Below, piece after piece: positions 25,001 to 46,590 of a DNA stretch of 64,000 nt (its first letter is position 1; every line of letters begins with the position of its first letter). The position numbers and the translations under genes were made by a program. The notes beneath the pieces were generated by a model. It was not told the origin of the DNA, searched no databases, and saw nothing but the letters and a program-made list of their open reading frames with translations. The DNA is from Mesotaenium endlicherianum (taxonomy: Eukaryota): the NCBI GenBank assembly GCA_009602735.1, contig WELA01003597.1:62001-126000 (forward strand). Direction: 5' to 3'.

Positions 25001-27542
25001 GCAGCTATGGCTGCTGCCTCTTGTGTAGCTTCTCTATAAGGTGTATCCCTCTAGTTATGAAATATGTCCGTACAGCCCTTTTGTGTCGTATTGTACGATT
25101 CGGTATACTACGTACGTCTGTCCGGCTGGATGCTGGTTTAGATCGACAGCACTCTTTTCGGTCTATCTGTGTCATAAAATCTGGTGAACAATCTCCGTAA
25201 ACGTTATAGGTCTCCATTTTTGGATTAAATCATGCATTAGAGATCGTAATTGAGACTACAAGAGTATGCTAGAAGTCATGGAAAAAACAGTGAATGACCT
25301 ATCGCAAAAACAGAACTGTGCCGACTGACTCATAACTCTACACCTAGGACCCAAATTCCAAACTCAGACAGAAAATTCCTAACCCCTAGCTAGAATGCCT
25401 GTGGCATACCTGTTTTACTTTTTGAAGAAAATGCACTACAGACGGGAGGGCCGCCTTGAGTACGCCGCTAGCATATTTGTGTGGCATTGCATATCTCGCC
25501 CCAACTAAATATCAACTGCAACACTCACCCTGCTTCCAAAAAGGCCCCGCTCCGGTCCATTCCAGACCCCTGGATGAATGCCGCTTTCGTAACGCCCTAA
25601 TCTTTATTCCACAGAAGCAACCGGTATTGGGTTGGTTGCGTGAGCCCTTGAGCAGGTTCATAATATTTATACAGGATACACAACAATACAAACAACTCCA
25701 AGAGAACACGAGTCCTCTTAATATTGGAACATAGGTGAGGGTCCCATGTGAGATGACAGCATATTATCCAGTTCAGCCAGAATGACGCAAAGAAATCACA
25801 AATATCGGAATCACCAGCTACACAACTAAAATTGGAGAAAGAGTGAACAACCAGATGCTTGCCTGTTATAGGGTTTATTTACATGCGGGAAACTAAAGGA
25901 CGAGAGAATGGTCAATTTGATACTTTAGGCAAAGTAAGCAGGGTCAGCGGTTGCATCTGTGTAGGACAAAAAAGCGCGAAAACAGAAGAATTGTCACTAA
26001 TACTCCAGTAGAAAACTTGCTACAAATATAGTAAATATAGGTCTTGATTAAGCAAAACAAGCAGCATGCAAAATAATGATGATCGGCTTCATTATAATTG
26101 TAAGTTAAGAGTACAGACAAAGACCTTTCAAGTAAATGGTAGAAAAGACTTGTTGTATGCAGTGCGAAGCATGCCGGACCTTCCTTAGTCGTTCATAGCG
26201 ACTGTTTTGGGCTTGCGATAAGACGGAGAGGTCAGAAAGTTTCAAAAATGGATACATAGATTTTACTCACCTAAATCAGATCGTAATAAACCCTACAAGG
26301 TGGGCAACTTACAAAACTAGTGGTAGACTTTGCAGATTACAAGGTATAGAGTTGTAATTTGCCCTTACAGGATGGATTTTGAGAGTCGCCTTCAACAAAG
26401 GATTCAAAAGAATCAGTATATTTACAGGAATGAAAAGGGATGGGCCATCGTTCATCCGTGTTTCTGACCATAGTGTTCACCCTAGCCTTTTTGCATTGCT
26501 GCCCTTTAAGACGCTCGCAAACATCTTTCGGATGTCCTCAATTTTGCAGAGTGTATTTTTTGTTTTTCCGGGCTCTGCGGCCGCTATCAGATTCGTGGCA
26601 GTTCCTTGGCATGTCTAGTGCTTTCGTTCGTGTGATATGGGGCCAGAATCATAGGTGGAAAAGTATCATCATCATTTTGTTCTTTCAGCTGACGTAGCTA
26701 TTTTTCTTTTTGTTATTGCTTGTCTTGACCAGTGTTTTCCGGTAGCGTCTGTGGTTCTTATGGGGTTATGGGGCACCTTCCGCATTTGCTTCCACCTATA
26801 AGCGCTCCGTTATTTGTGCGTTATAGAGTGACACAGAGCCTGCGGAGTGGTCTTGAACCAAAGAGCGACAAATTCTCCCAATTTCGTGCGTCCAAACCCG
26901 GCTGGCGGACTTCCTTTTCCTCATCGTCCTTTCTGCAGTGACCTTGTCTGCCTTGGCCAAATTCTAAGGCTACCAATGTTGCTGCTCATTGTCCTCATAT
27001 CCTTCTTATTCACGTCCCGTCATCCTCCTTGCCATAGGCGCACATGACATCGTTGTCCACTGATGAAGTCCTTTGATGAGCAAATGCCTAACCTTAATGT
27101 CTGACAGTTATCAGTCCCCGGACGGTTTCATATTTCTCCCCCTTCGCAGATCCAACGAGGGTCATCAATTTTTGGTGGATGATGCGGAAAGGGTTTTGTT
27201 ACAGGTCAGCCCCCTTCCAACTACGACGCCCCTTTTGAACTCGGTTTGAGGCGGAGACGCGCCTCTTACAACCTTCTTTGATGGGCCTCGCATACGACAG
27301 CGTGCTCCGCGCACGCATTCGTGGTCGCATCACGTCGACGCCACGACCGGAGGACTTCTGGCAGCAGCCGGACGACCCCGACAACGTTGCCACGGTGTGC
27401 TTTCCCCCATGTGGCGACACTTGGTGCTAGCTCAGCGCCCGCAATCGCAGCCTGCACAACTGCGCAGGCTGCGTAGGTCTGCGCGTCAACAGAACTGGCA
27501 TAGAATTGCGCACGAGGGCCTGACGACGCTTCAAGCAGGCCG

Positions 27543-27670
27543 GACACAGGCCTGGCGCACGTCTGGCGCAGGCCTGGCACAGAGCCCTGAGCTCCTGCCA
27601 GGGCTAGATGGACACAGGTCTGGCGCAGGCCTGGCGCAGAGCTGTGCGCTCCTGCCTGAATCCGATGGCT
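27543..27670. repeat. GC-rich short tandem/degenerate repeat (CTGGCGCAGGCCTGGCRCAGAGC units)
   Basis: Two ~57-bp units (gtctggcgcaggcctggcacagagc.. at ~27561 and ~27618) plus a partial unit. Confidence 0.6.
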
Positions 27671-28359
27671 CTCAGACGCAGCTGCAGGCTACAGCGCACG
27701 TGAAGTGTGCCCGCACGCTGCCACTTGGCAGCAGCTGAGTAGCTGCAGTCATCCCGCGCAAACGAGCGCTCCTCGCAGCTGCAGGCAGAACTGCGCCGGC
27801 GCTCATGCGCGTCAGAGTTCTGTGATTTCTTCTACTACCTGGCATCAGCTTGCAATGTAACTGACATACATCAAAACAGCTTGTTTACTAGCCCCGCAAA
27901 TACGCATGTTTGATTACCCTGAATAGCTATTTTACTCCCTTCACGATAATGAGTAGTTTTGTCGCCCATTCACCATTGGAATTCATTTAACATGATGGTA
28001 AATGAGCTAGCTCTCAGTACTGCAGTACTTACAGTATTTGATTTACTGACCCATCATAATCAGCCAGGTACGCTGATTGTGCATAAGCAACAATAAGATA
28101 GGAGAAAGAAAACCATGGGAAGGATCTCAATCCAACTATCCTCTGCATGGAGCACTCCAGTACGTAATCTGGAGTGCAAAACTTTGGCTTATTTTAAAGA
28201 GCGACTACTTTCAATGTTTATGCCACTCTTAATCACACCCAATCTTAAGCCGTGTCCATCCTACAGCAGATGTGTTGCTTTGGACGGGCCGGCGTGCATT
28301 CTGATTGTGCTGAAGGTTTCACCTCTGGTTTACTGCTTTTATGGCCGTTAGGACCAGCC

Positions 28360-36085
<7,726 letters not shown>

Positions 36086-36972
36086 GGGTCAGGACATACT
36101 GCGTCCGATGATGACAGACGACCAATCTGCTTGTCTAACAGAAAGGGCTGGCTATCACAAAGTTGAAACAAGTTATAGGAGGTATCGTCTTCACGCACAG
36201 CCTATCAAGACTAGATTCTCCCCATTTGATATTTCACTAGATGGTACTGACCGCCACCCTTCGGCCACCAACTAGTGTGTACTCATTGATATACTTCTCC
36301 CACCCACTCAGCTAGGACACGAGTACTTCTCACAAGCAGACTTAGGAGACAAGATGAACGCATAAATGCACCAGGCTACACTGCACACTAGTCTTGTGAA
36401 GGAAATTTCCCTTCATATTGTCACAAATTTTGCAAGGTGACAACCAGCCCTCCAGGTACCATCTCACCAGATAGCGCTACTATTTACCAAGTATAAGTCA
36501 CAACCTGGAAAGCGCAAAGCAGGCCAATGCTAAGGGACAATGGAGCATGGGATAGAAACGTTGGGCTATTGTTGCAACTTTGTATCCCCTTAAGGCTGAA
36601 TGTTTAAATTAGTCCCGCGTCACGAACGTCGCCAATTATCGTGCAGTCGATTCCCAACTGCATATGCCCGCTGCATGCTGCCTAGTGAACACCCCAACCA
36701 CACCCAACAATTAAGCAGGGGGGTATGGCCAGGTATGACCGCGTATTTTGCGTGTTGAATACTTCTTCCTGGTCCCAAAATCACGACGAAGCACGACGGC
36801 AGTACTCCGCTGCATTCAGGCTCGCGACATGGGTGGTAAATTACCGTCACGTATCGGCAAAACATGTTCCCTTTCTCAGACCCCAGTTAAGCGAATGGGA
36901 GCTCCGGGGAGCTCATCTCGCCGGAAAGGTCTATAAAGTCCTTCGACCTCATAAGTTACTTTTTACGCAAGA
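36086..36972. promoter_or_regulatory. Putative shared (head-to-head) promoter/5'UTR region between RecQ4 and the NOL7-like gene
   Basis: Divergent ATGs at 36085 (-) and 36973 (+), about 0.9 kb apart. No specific elements established. Confidence 0.45.
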
Positions 36973-38870
36973 ATGGCTTCGCCCGGACATAGCTCAGACG
37001 AAGCACCGGAAGAAAATACTTTGGCCCAGGTAATGTGCCAGTCTGAGCCGCTTCTATACTTCGGTTGGGCCGTTGGTGACGAGAAACATATGGCAGAAAT
37101 GTCACAGCTGTAGTCACCGCCGCTCGAGGGCCTGGAGCTTGGTTTTCGCATATAGTGTCATTTCGTGGTCGAGAACAGATGGCATGTTATATGCTTCATG
37201 GATGCTAAGGACTACTAGGATTGAGCTTGGTGGCATTTTGACTTCGACATCTTGTCCTAGTTTTGGCGGAATAATATGTACTTCTGGATACCACTGTGAA
37301 AATATTTTCAGAGGATAAGTTCTTCCTCCCGGGTCCTGTCTGCAAACGTTACTGGCAGGTCGCATCAGATATTGTTGTTATAGATGCGGCAGTCTCTGGC
37401 AGTCACTCTTATTCACTTATTAGAAGGGGAAGACCATGGCGTTTGTGAGATGTATGCTGTTGCCCCTCATAGTAATAGGTATATTGTAGAGAATACGTTC
37501 ACTTTGCAGGGACGTGAAAATGCCCAGTTGGCGAGAAGGCGTGAGCATGGGCATACACGAAGGTATTATTATTCTCCATTCTTCACCTGGCTAGATTAAA
37601 CTTTCATGGTACTAGCTCTTGAGGATGTGCTGCTGGCTTTGTTCTTGGGCGTGTTTCATGCTTTTTTCTTTGGAGTCTCGACTGATGCTTCAGACAGCAG
37701 CATGGAAAGGACACTGTGTCTTTATGGTGTGGTGATACGGTGGCAGTCCTCGTTTGTGTGGGGTTCATTTATGGATTTAGGGCAGCAGCCGAGGCAAAGG
37801 ACAGAAGGAGAAAGCACCGCGTGCCTCCCCTCTCTACTTCAGCCGGAACAGCTGATGTTGATAGGAGCATTTTGAACTCTGTAAAGAAAAGCAGGAAATT
37901 GATGCGAAAGTCTAGTCGACAAGCAGGGGGGGATGAAAAAGGTGTGAAAGATAATGGAGCTGCTGATTCTGGAAATGAACTGAAGTTTCTGGATAGCCAG
38001 CTCCTAAATAAGAGCGTGCTGGAGGCACTGGCTGAGCAAGAGAGGTACCAGCGCATATTGGCATGGGCTTTGTTTGTTGTGGATATTTGCCATTGCTGTG
38101 CTGCCCAAACAAATAGTTATGTTGTACTAGAGCAGTAGAAACTTTCAGATGCTCAATAGGGCATAGAACTTTCCTACAATCAAGCACATCTTAAGTCACT
38201 TCTTTCACATATTTAGAGCACAATCAATTGTGGTGCTGATTGTAGTGCTGTTACGTAAGATGCTTGTCTATGTCGTAAGCAGTGACATGAGCTCTTCTGC
38301 AGGAGTACCTTGGAATTATGGTTGTAGTGTTGTCTGCAGGAACCTTGCTTTAGAAGCAACAGCAGAATCTTGCAAGCAGATTGATGTGCAGAAGAAGCAC
38401 AACAGGAAAAGAAGGTGAGTAGTTCCTGTTTTCCAGCGAACACCTTCGGTCAATGTACTTCACTCTTATTTGGCAAATTTTTGAATATGCAGATGGGCTA
38501 AGGTGTTGGGTTGTTAGCTCTGCCCTTCTTTTCTTGGGCTCTGTGGTTGTTTGAAGATAACCGCTGGCTTGTTGTAGGTTCTGGCACCCTTTCGTCATTT
38601 AGGTTCTCAATGGCTGGTACAAGTACCAAGTAGTGCATGCACATGATGATTCCTCTCCAATGAAGGGGTATGCCTCTTCCTATAGATGATTAAGAACGTT
38701 CTTTTTCCAGGCTGAAGAAAGAAGGTGAACATGCGCATGCGCTTGTGACTCCTGGAGAAAGAAGGCATCTGCCACTTTTGTCAGAAGGCGCTGTGCAGTT
38801 CAGACGGCAACAGTTATATGGAGCTCATATTAGACGCTCTAGGTGCATGTTAGCTGTGCCAAAGCTGTAG
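36973..38870 (+). CDS. Small basic nucleolar protein, NOL7/Utp16 (U3 snoRNP-associated)-like, 202 aa
   Basis: Exons 36973-37029, 37510-37562, 37781-38044, 38340-38414, 38711-38870; all GT-AG, phases consistent, 609 nt. N-terminal SSDEAPEE motif, then basic helix (RRAAAEAKDRRRK), LLNKSVLEALAEQE, and C-terminal AVQFRRQQLYGAHIRRS resembling the NOL7 C-terminal F..xLYG motif. Family assignment is from recalled motifs. Confidence 0.72.
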
Positions 38871-39442
38871 CAGTGTTTGGTTTGCATCTATTGTTAGTTA
38901 TATATTTGTGAGTTACACAAAAAAACTGTGGACGGATTTGTGCATTTATGAATACACTTTGTGGGCGGTTGACAAAAAGTTTGTATGCTAGGTAAAGCAA
39001 GACAAGAAGGCTGGAAGTTTGAAGAGAAGATGGAAGAGAAAAATTCACTTGTTTCTTGCGTAGGTAAAGTATGTTGTTGTTGGGAACATATTTTCACCAC
39101 ATATCTCAGTGCATTGCAACTTGCATAGTCAGAAGATACACATAGTTGACATAAAAACGGGTATATATACCAATCGTGCACACTACAGCATGTTCAAATC
39201 GAGAAACATGGCAGTCAAAACTGAAAATGTGTATAAAACAATTGTGCACACTAATAACGCAATCAGGAAACATGGCAGTTAGCACTAAAATTATCTACGA
39301 AGGAGAGCAGTTCGAGAGTGATACCCGCCTTACCGAGAAAGTGACCAGTGGTTCTCAGTCAAACAAAAATGTGTTGTTAGCTGTAAGAGATTGACAAAAT
39401 TGTGTCACCTATTTAAACAAGTGCTCTCTCCTCTTGCATAAC

Positions 39443-42400
39443 TCAAACTTCATTAGTGGCAACCTGACCATTGTCAATGCTACTATGTACATAACTACTT
39501 TCTGTCCCTCTCATATTTTTCTTTTTAGGAAGTGGCAGAACTCTACTGTCATCGGGATCGAGCTGGCCATCCTCCTGCTTTAAAGACTCTGGCATATAAG
39601 CCTCGAGAAGTGTCTCAACAGGAGGTGCCCTAGTTGTGTCATATATGACCACCTCTAAAGGGTCATATTGAAATGTCCTGTAGAAGCGATTTCGAGCGTA
39701 AATATAGTACAGGATGGTGATCACAGGAAGAGGCACTAAAATGAGAGTACCCACAAACTTTTTAATTCCTGAATAGCCAATCATCGTGACTTGAGCGAGT
39801 AACAAGGCAACAGTAATGCGCGCATGCATGTGTGGCCACATACGACCTCGACTTTCATATCTTGGAACGTATACATTAAGCGCCTGCACAAAAGAACTCC
39901 AAATCATTGAAACAAGCAGTATCAAAAGTTACAGCAAGATTGTACTGTTGAGTGACTAAACATGGCACTGAAGTGTTTTTTGACAGTTTAGAAACATGTA
40001 GAACAAGAATACGAATATCACAATGAGCTGATTGTACACCACCCAAGCTGAAATTATGGGAAAAAACTCCTTCAAGCAGAGGTCCCCAACAAAATGGTCA
40101 GAATCGAGAATGACAATCCCTGTTAGTGACTGCATAACAAGGGGAACGGCAATTGCTTCTCAAGGAGACTTGAGTGAACAGTACCTGATTCTTCATGACA
40201 ACCCAAGTGAACCCAAAGTACAGTGCGCTGAAAGGCAGGATCAGGGGAGCAATGACTGCGTAACATAAGCCCAATGTGATGATCAGCTCATCATTGGGAA
40301 CATGTTTAATATAACTGAGACTCTTTGGAGTCCAAGTCCTTCGTAGTTCACCTTCAGTTCTGGTTGATTTGCGTTTTACAAGATACAGTAGCAGAGGAAT
40401 AAGCCTTATAAGCTCCATACTCTTTGTTACCAAAAACCTGCGAACAAAATCATAATGATGTCATATGAATAAGTACTTAGTATGCTGAGCACCAAATAGC
40501 CCCTACACATTTCAATTGGCTTTTGTCATAAGAGTACCTGTCACTTCTATAGTGCATATAATTTATATACTGGGAAAGACCTCCAACATATAGCTCCACC
40601 CAGAACAAGGTACTACGTGTATAGAAGTGGAATGAGAATTAAAGTCACTTACCTGAGAGCAATGAAAGTGATGAAAAAGGAAGCATTCTGCGGTAGGGCA
40701 GTTCCCAACAGATTGACAATGCTTTTCGGGCTATCAATGAGCTGCTGCAGCTGATTAAATATTGTGCCACTGATTGTGACTCCCAAAAACACGTTAAATA
40801 TATAGAAATAGTAAAGCTTCCCACAGCCTGCACGCTCAATGTGCGACTTAGATGGTATGCCCTCTAGTTTAGAGAGGAGGAGGCATAGCTTTGGGAGCAG
40901 TGCTAAAAATATGATGAGGGCCAGCTGGGGAAGGTAAGCCCCCACGATAGTCCTCACAGCGTTTCTGCACAAAGATGAGGGATTTAGAGTCTCAGTATCA
41001 TGAAAAGACTTCCACAGGAGCAAGATGCCCACCACACTATCTCCACAAAAGTATTCAGCTTTAGTCTCAAGTGGCGTACTCTGCACTCGAGGCTGATTTG
41101 AGAACGGACAAGAATTAGGACTGAAATGTCACCACTTGCACAACTTTCTGTGTGTACTGAACAGGGGCCCCTTGTGAAAGGAAAATAAGCTTACATTTTC
41201 ACAATGGGCTCAAGAAAAGGGATGGTCTTCTGCAAATTGCTAAGCGTGGTCAAGCTTGACACAAACCCAATGGGAATCTGCATTCAGAGGCGTTTGCCAT
41301 TAACCACCCACATACTAGCGATTAGTTTCAACATCATCAATGACGTACAACAGTAAAAACCACTTATTGCTTGCGCCTTCTTACAGCTCACTCCACGTCT
41401 AAGATGAACATATATCTGCTTTCGAGCTCGTGAACACCAAGCTTCCTGGAGGTGTAAAGTTCCAAAATAATGCCACTTGCACAGCCAGATATTCAGGGTA
41501 CGCATAGCCACAGCTTGAACATCAAGATGCCGCAGATCACCACACACAAGGAAACAATTAGTTGGTGCAGCACTAGCACCAGAACTTCGACTACCAGGGG
41601 AATGTACTTACGTAGTAGAAGCAGATAAGAAGAAACATGAAAATGTATATCAGGATCTTTCTAATGCTCCGCTGGTACATTGGCACTGCCAAGTTGCTCC
41701 ATACAACATCTCGCGGCTCTGGTGCCTCTGAGACTGTCCACTTATCTGCATCAGCAGAATGCAGACACTGTGCTGCTGCACCTGCAGCGATGGGATTGCT
41801 GAAGAATGCAATAGCTGCCCCTCCTCCAGCATGCTCCACTACCCTCAATTGCTGCTCATGCAGCAACTTTACTTCATGCTGAAGCTTTTCAGAATACAAG
41901 TCAATGGCATCCACCTTAGGTCCCCACAGACCCCAAAATTTGGATTTGGTAGTAGGTCGCTGTGCTTCGAGTCCATGCTCCTCTTTTGCTTGCTCATATT
42001 CAGCAAGAGCGTGTGCAAGCTTTCGTTTCATTTTATCCACCTTCTTCTTTGCTTTCACCGCCTGCACAAGCAACACCCCAGTCGATAAACTAGCCCAGAA
42101 GTTTTTGAAGAAAAGAACCTGAAGGTTGCTGTAAATTCATGCAGCCCCAAAGTATGGATGGGATGCTTGATATTATTATTGACAGACTTCAGCTCACAAA
42201 GTAGCACGCGACATTCATATATCCTCCTCCTCTCCATATATCTGCATCATGCAGACATGTACAAACATGCACATCACATACATCCACTCTTGGCGCATGA
42301 AGGAGAAAAGTGCAGCTGTGCAAGTTCATTAGACTAATACCTTTTTTAATCTGGGCACAAGCATGGAGCGAAGATACGAATGACTGTGCAGGCGACCCAT

Positions 42401-43523
42401 ATAGGCGTCAATCTGCTCAGCTGGTGTTGCTTTGCCATGAGGATGTGGTATGTCTCGCACGAGGACTGCCATGCTCTCTGCACGCGAGTCGCTGGCATCC
42501 CGATACTTTGCACGAAGCCTAACAACATCAATATATGTGCGAAAGAGGATATAAAGAGCTCCAAGCGTGACCCAGTAGGCTCCAATACAAAACGCCCATA
42601 AGCGCTTGCTCTGAGGCTGCATCAAAATGCGATCAGCACCAGTAGTCCAAGTAATGAAGGTCAGACATGACGTCCTGTTTTGCTTAAAGCTTGTACATAA
42701 AAACTGACCATTCTGTAAAGCTAGACCAAATGGAGGAACGTGTTTTGGAAAGACATCTTAACTTATAAAGCCTCATAACTATACTAAATCACACAACGCT
42801 AACAGGGTACTGTATATCTCCTTAAGCATATACTTCAGGTGGAGGAGAGTGTGAATAGTTGTGTACTCACCGTAATGTTACCCATTGACAGCTTGTCAAA
42901 GTCCGAGAAGCTAACTTCTTTATCTGGATCTGTCTGTTGTGCCTTGCTCCTGGAGTAGAAATCATCAGAGATGCACAAAGGTAGCAGAACAGGCAAGCAG
43001 TATAGAAGGGCCCACAATAATATGAAGCAGCCTGCCAACGCAGTTTAAATGGTCTTAGTAGTCGTATCTAAGTGGCGCATTCCACGTTTCCAATCACTAG
43101 GTCGTCACGTTGCTATAAAATCAGTTGACATATAGACACTCATACTTACTCACGAACCAACAAATAGCATCCTGACAGCATCTTCTAATATACCAATGAA
43201 GCGTTACACTTAGCACATAGAATAAGATGCAGTATACTGTGATCGTTTCATAACTGCAACTTACAAGTGCGGAGGAACTTGAGATAAACTGCAGCATCAA
43301 GCCCGGAAAATGACACGAGTGCATCCTCTTTGGTGGTGAACACTTCTGTAAGCCACTGCCATGGTCGTCTACTCTTTGGAGGAGGCCCCGAACCCTTGTC
43401 AATAACAGCTGAAAAGTATAGCACTTCAAAGAGGTTCTGAAGGATGATAAATATCGCTATGAGAATACATCCTATGAGAAGAGAGGTGGCCAAAGAAGTG
43501 ATGATAGAACCGAGACCTAACAT
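39443..43523 (-). CDS. ERD4: CSC1-like/OSCA mechanosensitive cation channel, ERD4 (OSCA3) type
   Basis: Exons (minus): 43523-43265, 43031-42871, 42616-42341, 42061-41612, 41277-41195, 40964-40653, 40437-40185, 39883-39443. Motifs: SGLDAAVYLKFL, FDKLSMGNI, VLVRDIP, KFWGLWGPKVDAIDLY, APEPRDVVWSNL, YLPQLALIIF, LPQNASFFITFIAL, YVPRYESRGRMWPHMH. Confidence 0.94.
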
Positions 43524-44569
43524 TCTGTCCTATGCTTAGGTTACCGGAAAGGCGATTCTAACAGTTAGTGCAGGGAGTAGCCAAGCTAAACAAATCTCTT
43601 CATCATTCAGCAAGTTTATATTCAGGAATAAGAAACCGTTGCGTCATTCAAACCTCCCAGATTTCGATCCCGGCGCGACTTCACTACTATGTTCGACTAA
43701 AAGAAACGCGGTCGTGCACCAGACCTCGTGCATACAGCAGGAACTCGCTAAGCGTCTTGCTTACGCGGCAATATCCCCGTCTGCAGCCGGACAATTACAG
43801 AAGTATAATCACGGTTACTACAAGCTTCCATCTACCCGGCCCGGTTGTCGTCGTGAAGAGAAATGCCTTGTAGGCATATATGTAGATAATCGACTCTTTC
43901 TCCCGTGCATATAGTGGAGCTGGGCTGTAATAAAAGTAGCGCCAGGCCTTCGACTTCTCGACCACCACAGACCTGCCACAGACCATCCTCTCCAATTATC
44001 TCGACTGATCTTGACTGTTACCAACAGACAGTTGGCAACTAAGACAAAGGGCAGGACAAAGGTGTTGTATGCTTACAAGGCCACGTGCCAATGGACTTGT
44101 ATTCAGTTACTTCTATCGGTTATATTGCGGGCAATTGCGCTTAGATCGCGCGTATATAACCTCAAACTTTGCATGAGACACTTGTAAACCCAATTGCTCT
44201 GACAGCCCAGACACGAGCATGCCTTCAAGTTTCAACACGCAGTTGCATACTGGTGCACAGTGCTCACTGGTGCATACTCATTTGGCCAGGCTTTGCCCTG
44301 CTTTCCCCACCTTAATGACGATGGAAAAGCTGACTATGGATATGGTCTGACACAGATCTTGCTCCAGGCTACTGTGTTTGCGATGAATCACGTCGAACTG
44401 CTGACGCCAATAGCCTAAGATTACCTTGCATGATTGCGAAAAGAGACAACAGGCGACAAAATTACCAAATCTACGCACAGTTTCAATTTTATTCCCAATC
44501 TACGTACAACACACGTAAGCCTTTTCTAATATTTGAATAATAATAATATGAGGGTCATTTATGAGTTTA

Positions 44570-45469
44570 TAACGAGATCCCGAAAAAGTGAACCGACTTC
44601 TACCAGTTGGACGGCGCAGCACTCGTGGCCCAAGTCACGACTGCCTCAGGTACGAAAAGTCGGCATTTAATTACCAACCAAATTGCTGATGCATGCAAGT
44701 AAGCGTTGAAATACCAAGTCAAACCCACAGAGAGTGACTGACGGGTCAAAACCGACACTCAGTGATGGGTGGGGTTTAAACAGCCAGGTCAGCTGCAAGG
44801 CTGACCCCATCAAGACCTTCAAATGGTCCATGCAAGCAGCTGCCAAATCAGGCATAGCTGACAAAGAACCAATCTTAGCGGTTGCAAAGTCAGGCCACGC
44901 TGAGAGAGTGCAGGCCAACTCAGCCATAGCCCCTCGACAAAGCTGCCACAACAAAGCTGCCACATTAAGAGACATAGGCTCGAAGGCCACATATGCGTGC
45001 ACACTGATCGAAAGGTTAAGTCGGCACGTGCAAAAGAAGACACGCTTCTGTCGACGCTTGAAGATTCTCTCTCATTATATCATAGACAAGTTAGGAATCA
45101 GGAGTTTCCAAAAAGGAATTCTCGTTTGAAAGAAGTAGAGAGCTTGCAGATAGGATTTGCTAGGAGATTCTCGCGCAATTTCATACCAAACACCACAAAC
45201 GTGCGAAGAGCACATAAAATGGTGAGTTCTGTGTTAGTTTTCAAGTCCTCAGAAGTCTCAAATGTCAACTTGCTGAAAGCAAGAGCAAAAGTCAGCAAGA
45301 AAGCCCTCAATGAAGAATTGAGTGAGCCCAGCCAGCAGTTAGGTGAAGCTAAGAGCATAAGGCTCAAGCCGAGCCGCCATAGATGGTGTAGGTTCAATGT
45401 TTTGTAAGTTAAAATTTGTGAAAGCTAAGCAAAAGACTTGGTGAAGGATTTTCTTTGAAACTTGGTGTT
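44570..45469 (+). mobile_element. Remnant of the gag-protease spacer of an element-D-like retrotransposon
   Basis: Aligns by eye with the reverse complement of 23430-23330 joined to 17171-16140 (e.g. caagtcacgactgcc vs caagtcacggccgcc; catagatggtgtaggttc vs catagatgtgcagttc). Confidence 0.65.
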
Positions 45470-45819
45470 TGAAATGAATCGACTTGCCAACAGACGATTA
45501 ACAATTAATGAACATCTTCATATCAGCAAGTAATCTTTCTGGTATTTCCTGGTTCTTCTTAATCAGCGAAAGACCACACAACTAGCGTAAGCAACATTTA
45601 TAGTCAAATGCAAGTAATGAGCATGAATCATGCCATCAGTAAACTCAACATAAACAAGGGTAGTAAGAAACTCGTGTAACGGCTTGCAGCCTTAGATTCA
45701 TATGATCTCTCAACAAGTTATACTGTTGTACAGAGAGTTGGCATTGTTTCCAAATGTCAAACTCCACTCTGAGACCGGTTCGGCCCTAAACTTCAAAAAA
45801 CGCCCCGAGACTCGATGTC
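45470..45819 (-). repeat. Partial LTR (family B, minus orientation), interrupted by the LTR at 45820
   Basis: Begins TGAAATGAATCGACTT...GATTAACAATTAAT like the solo LTR at 55545. Confidence 0.8.
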
Positions 45820-46556
45820 TGTAATGAATCAGTATATTGAGTAGATATAATATTCAATCAGATATAATAGTTAAACACGTTCAGTCTGCTGAACTTTAGT
45901 TAATATTAAGTCTGCTAGATGCTTAGTACTTAGTTTAATTACTCAGTCAGGGGCAGCGGGTTGAAGTCAACTTAGGTCAGCTAATTGCTGACTCAGGTTA
46001 GCTCCCTGACACATTCTTTGACAGTCAGCTGACTGCCGTACTCGATAGCAGCAAATTGCCTGGATATGCATCTAAGTGTGGTGTGCTAGATGAGTGGCCA
46101 AATGACACCCTTAAGGTAGATGGCGATTCGGGATGATGGGAGATGGCGGTGGATTGGGTTAGCCGAGGTCCTACCGACGAGGTTAAGTCCCGGGTAGGCG
46201 ATGCCATCGCACTTGCCGTTGAACAATAAATTCATTCCATGTACATATGCTAGGTATTGCTCTCAAGTTCGGCATTTGGAAACGAGGCCAACTCTCTTGT
46301 ACCGCTTACTGAGAGATAGCTGAATCCAAGGCGAGAAGCCATTGATGCGGCCAGTCTTCTAACCTTGCGTACGTATGAGTTTATCGACTGCATGATTGAT
46401 GCTCGTTTACTTGCATTTGACTTATAAGTATTGTTTGCTGCTAGAGTATTGGCTTTTGCTGTTAAATTCGTTAACAAAAAAACCATAAAGATTACTTGTT
46501 GATATAAAGATCTTATACTAATTGTTAATTGCCTATTGGTCAGTCGATTTATTTCG
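45820..46556 (+). repeat. 5' LTR, family B
   Basis: TGTAATGAATCAG...GATTTATTTCG followed by PBS; homologous to 55545-56315 (reverse complement) and 63631-64000. Confidence 0.9.
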
Positions 46557-46590
46557 GTGGTATGAGAGCCAGTCATCACAGTCGTTTTAT

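Noticed and set aside
26100..27250. Purine-rich minus-strand stretch that looks coding
   Set aside because: All frames I tried contain frequent stops and no recognisable motif; cannot support a gene or pseudogene call.
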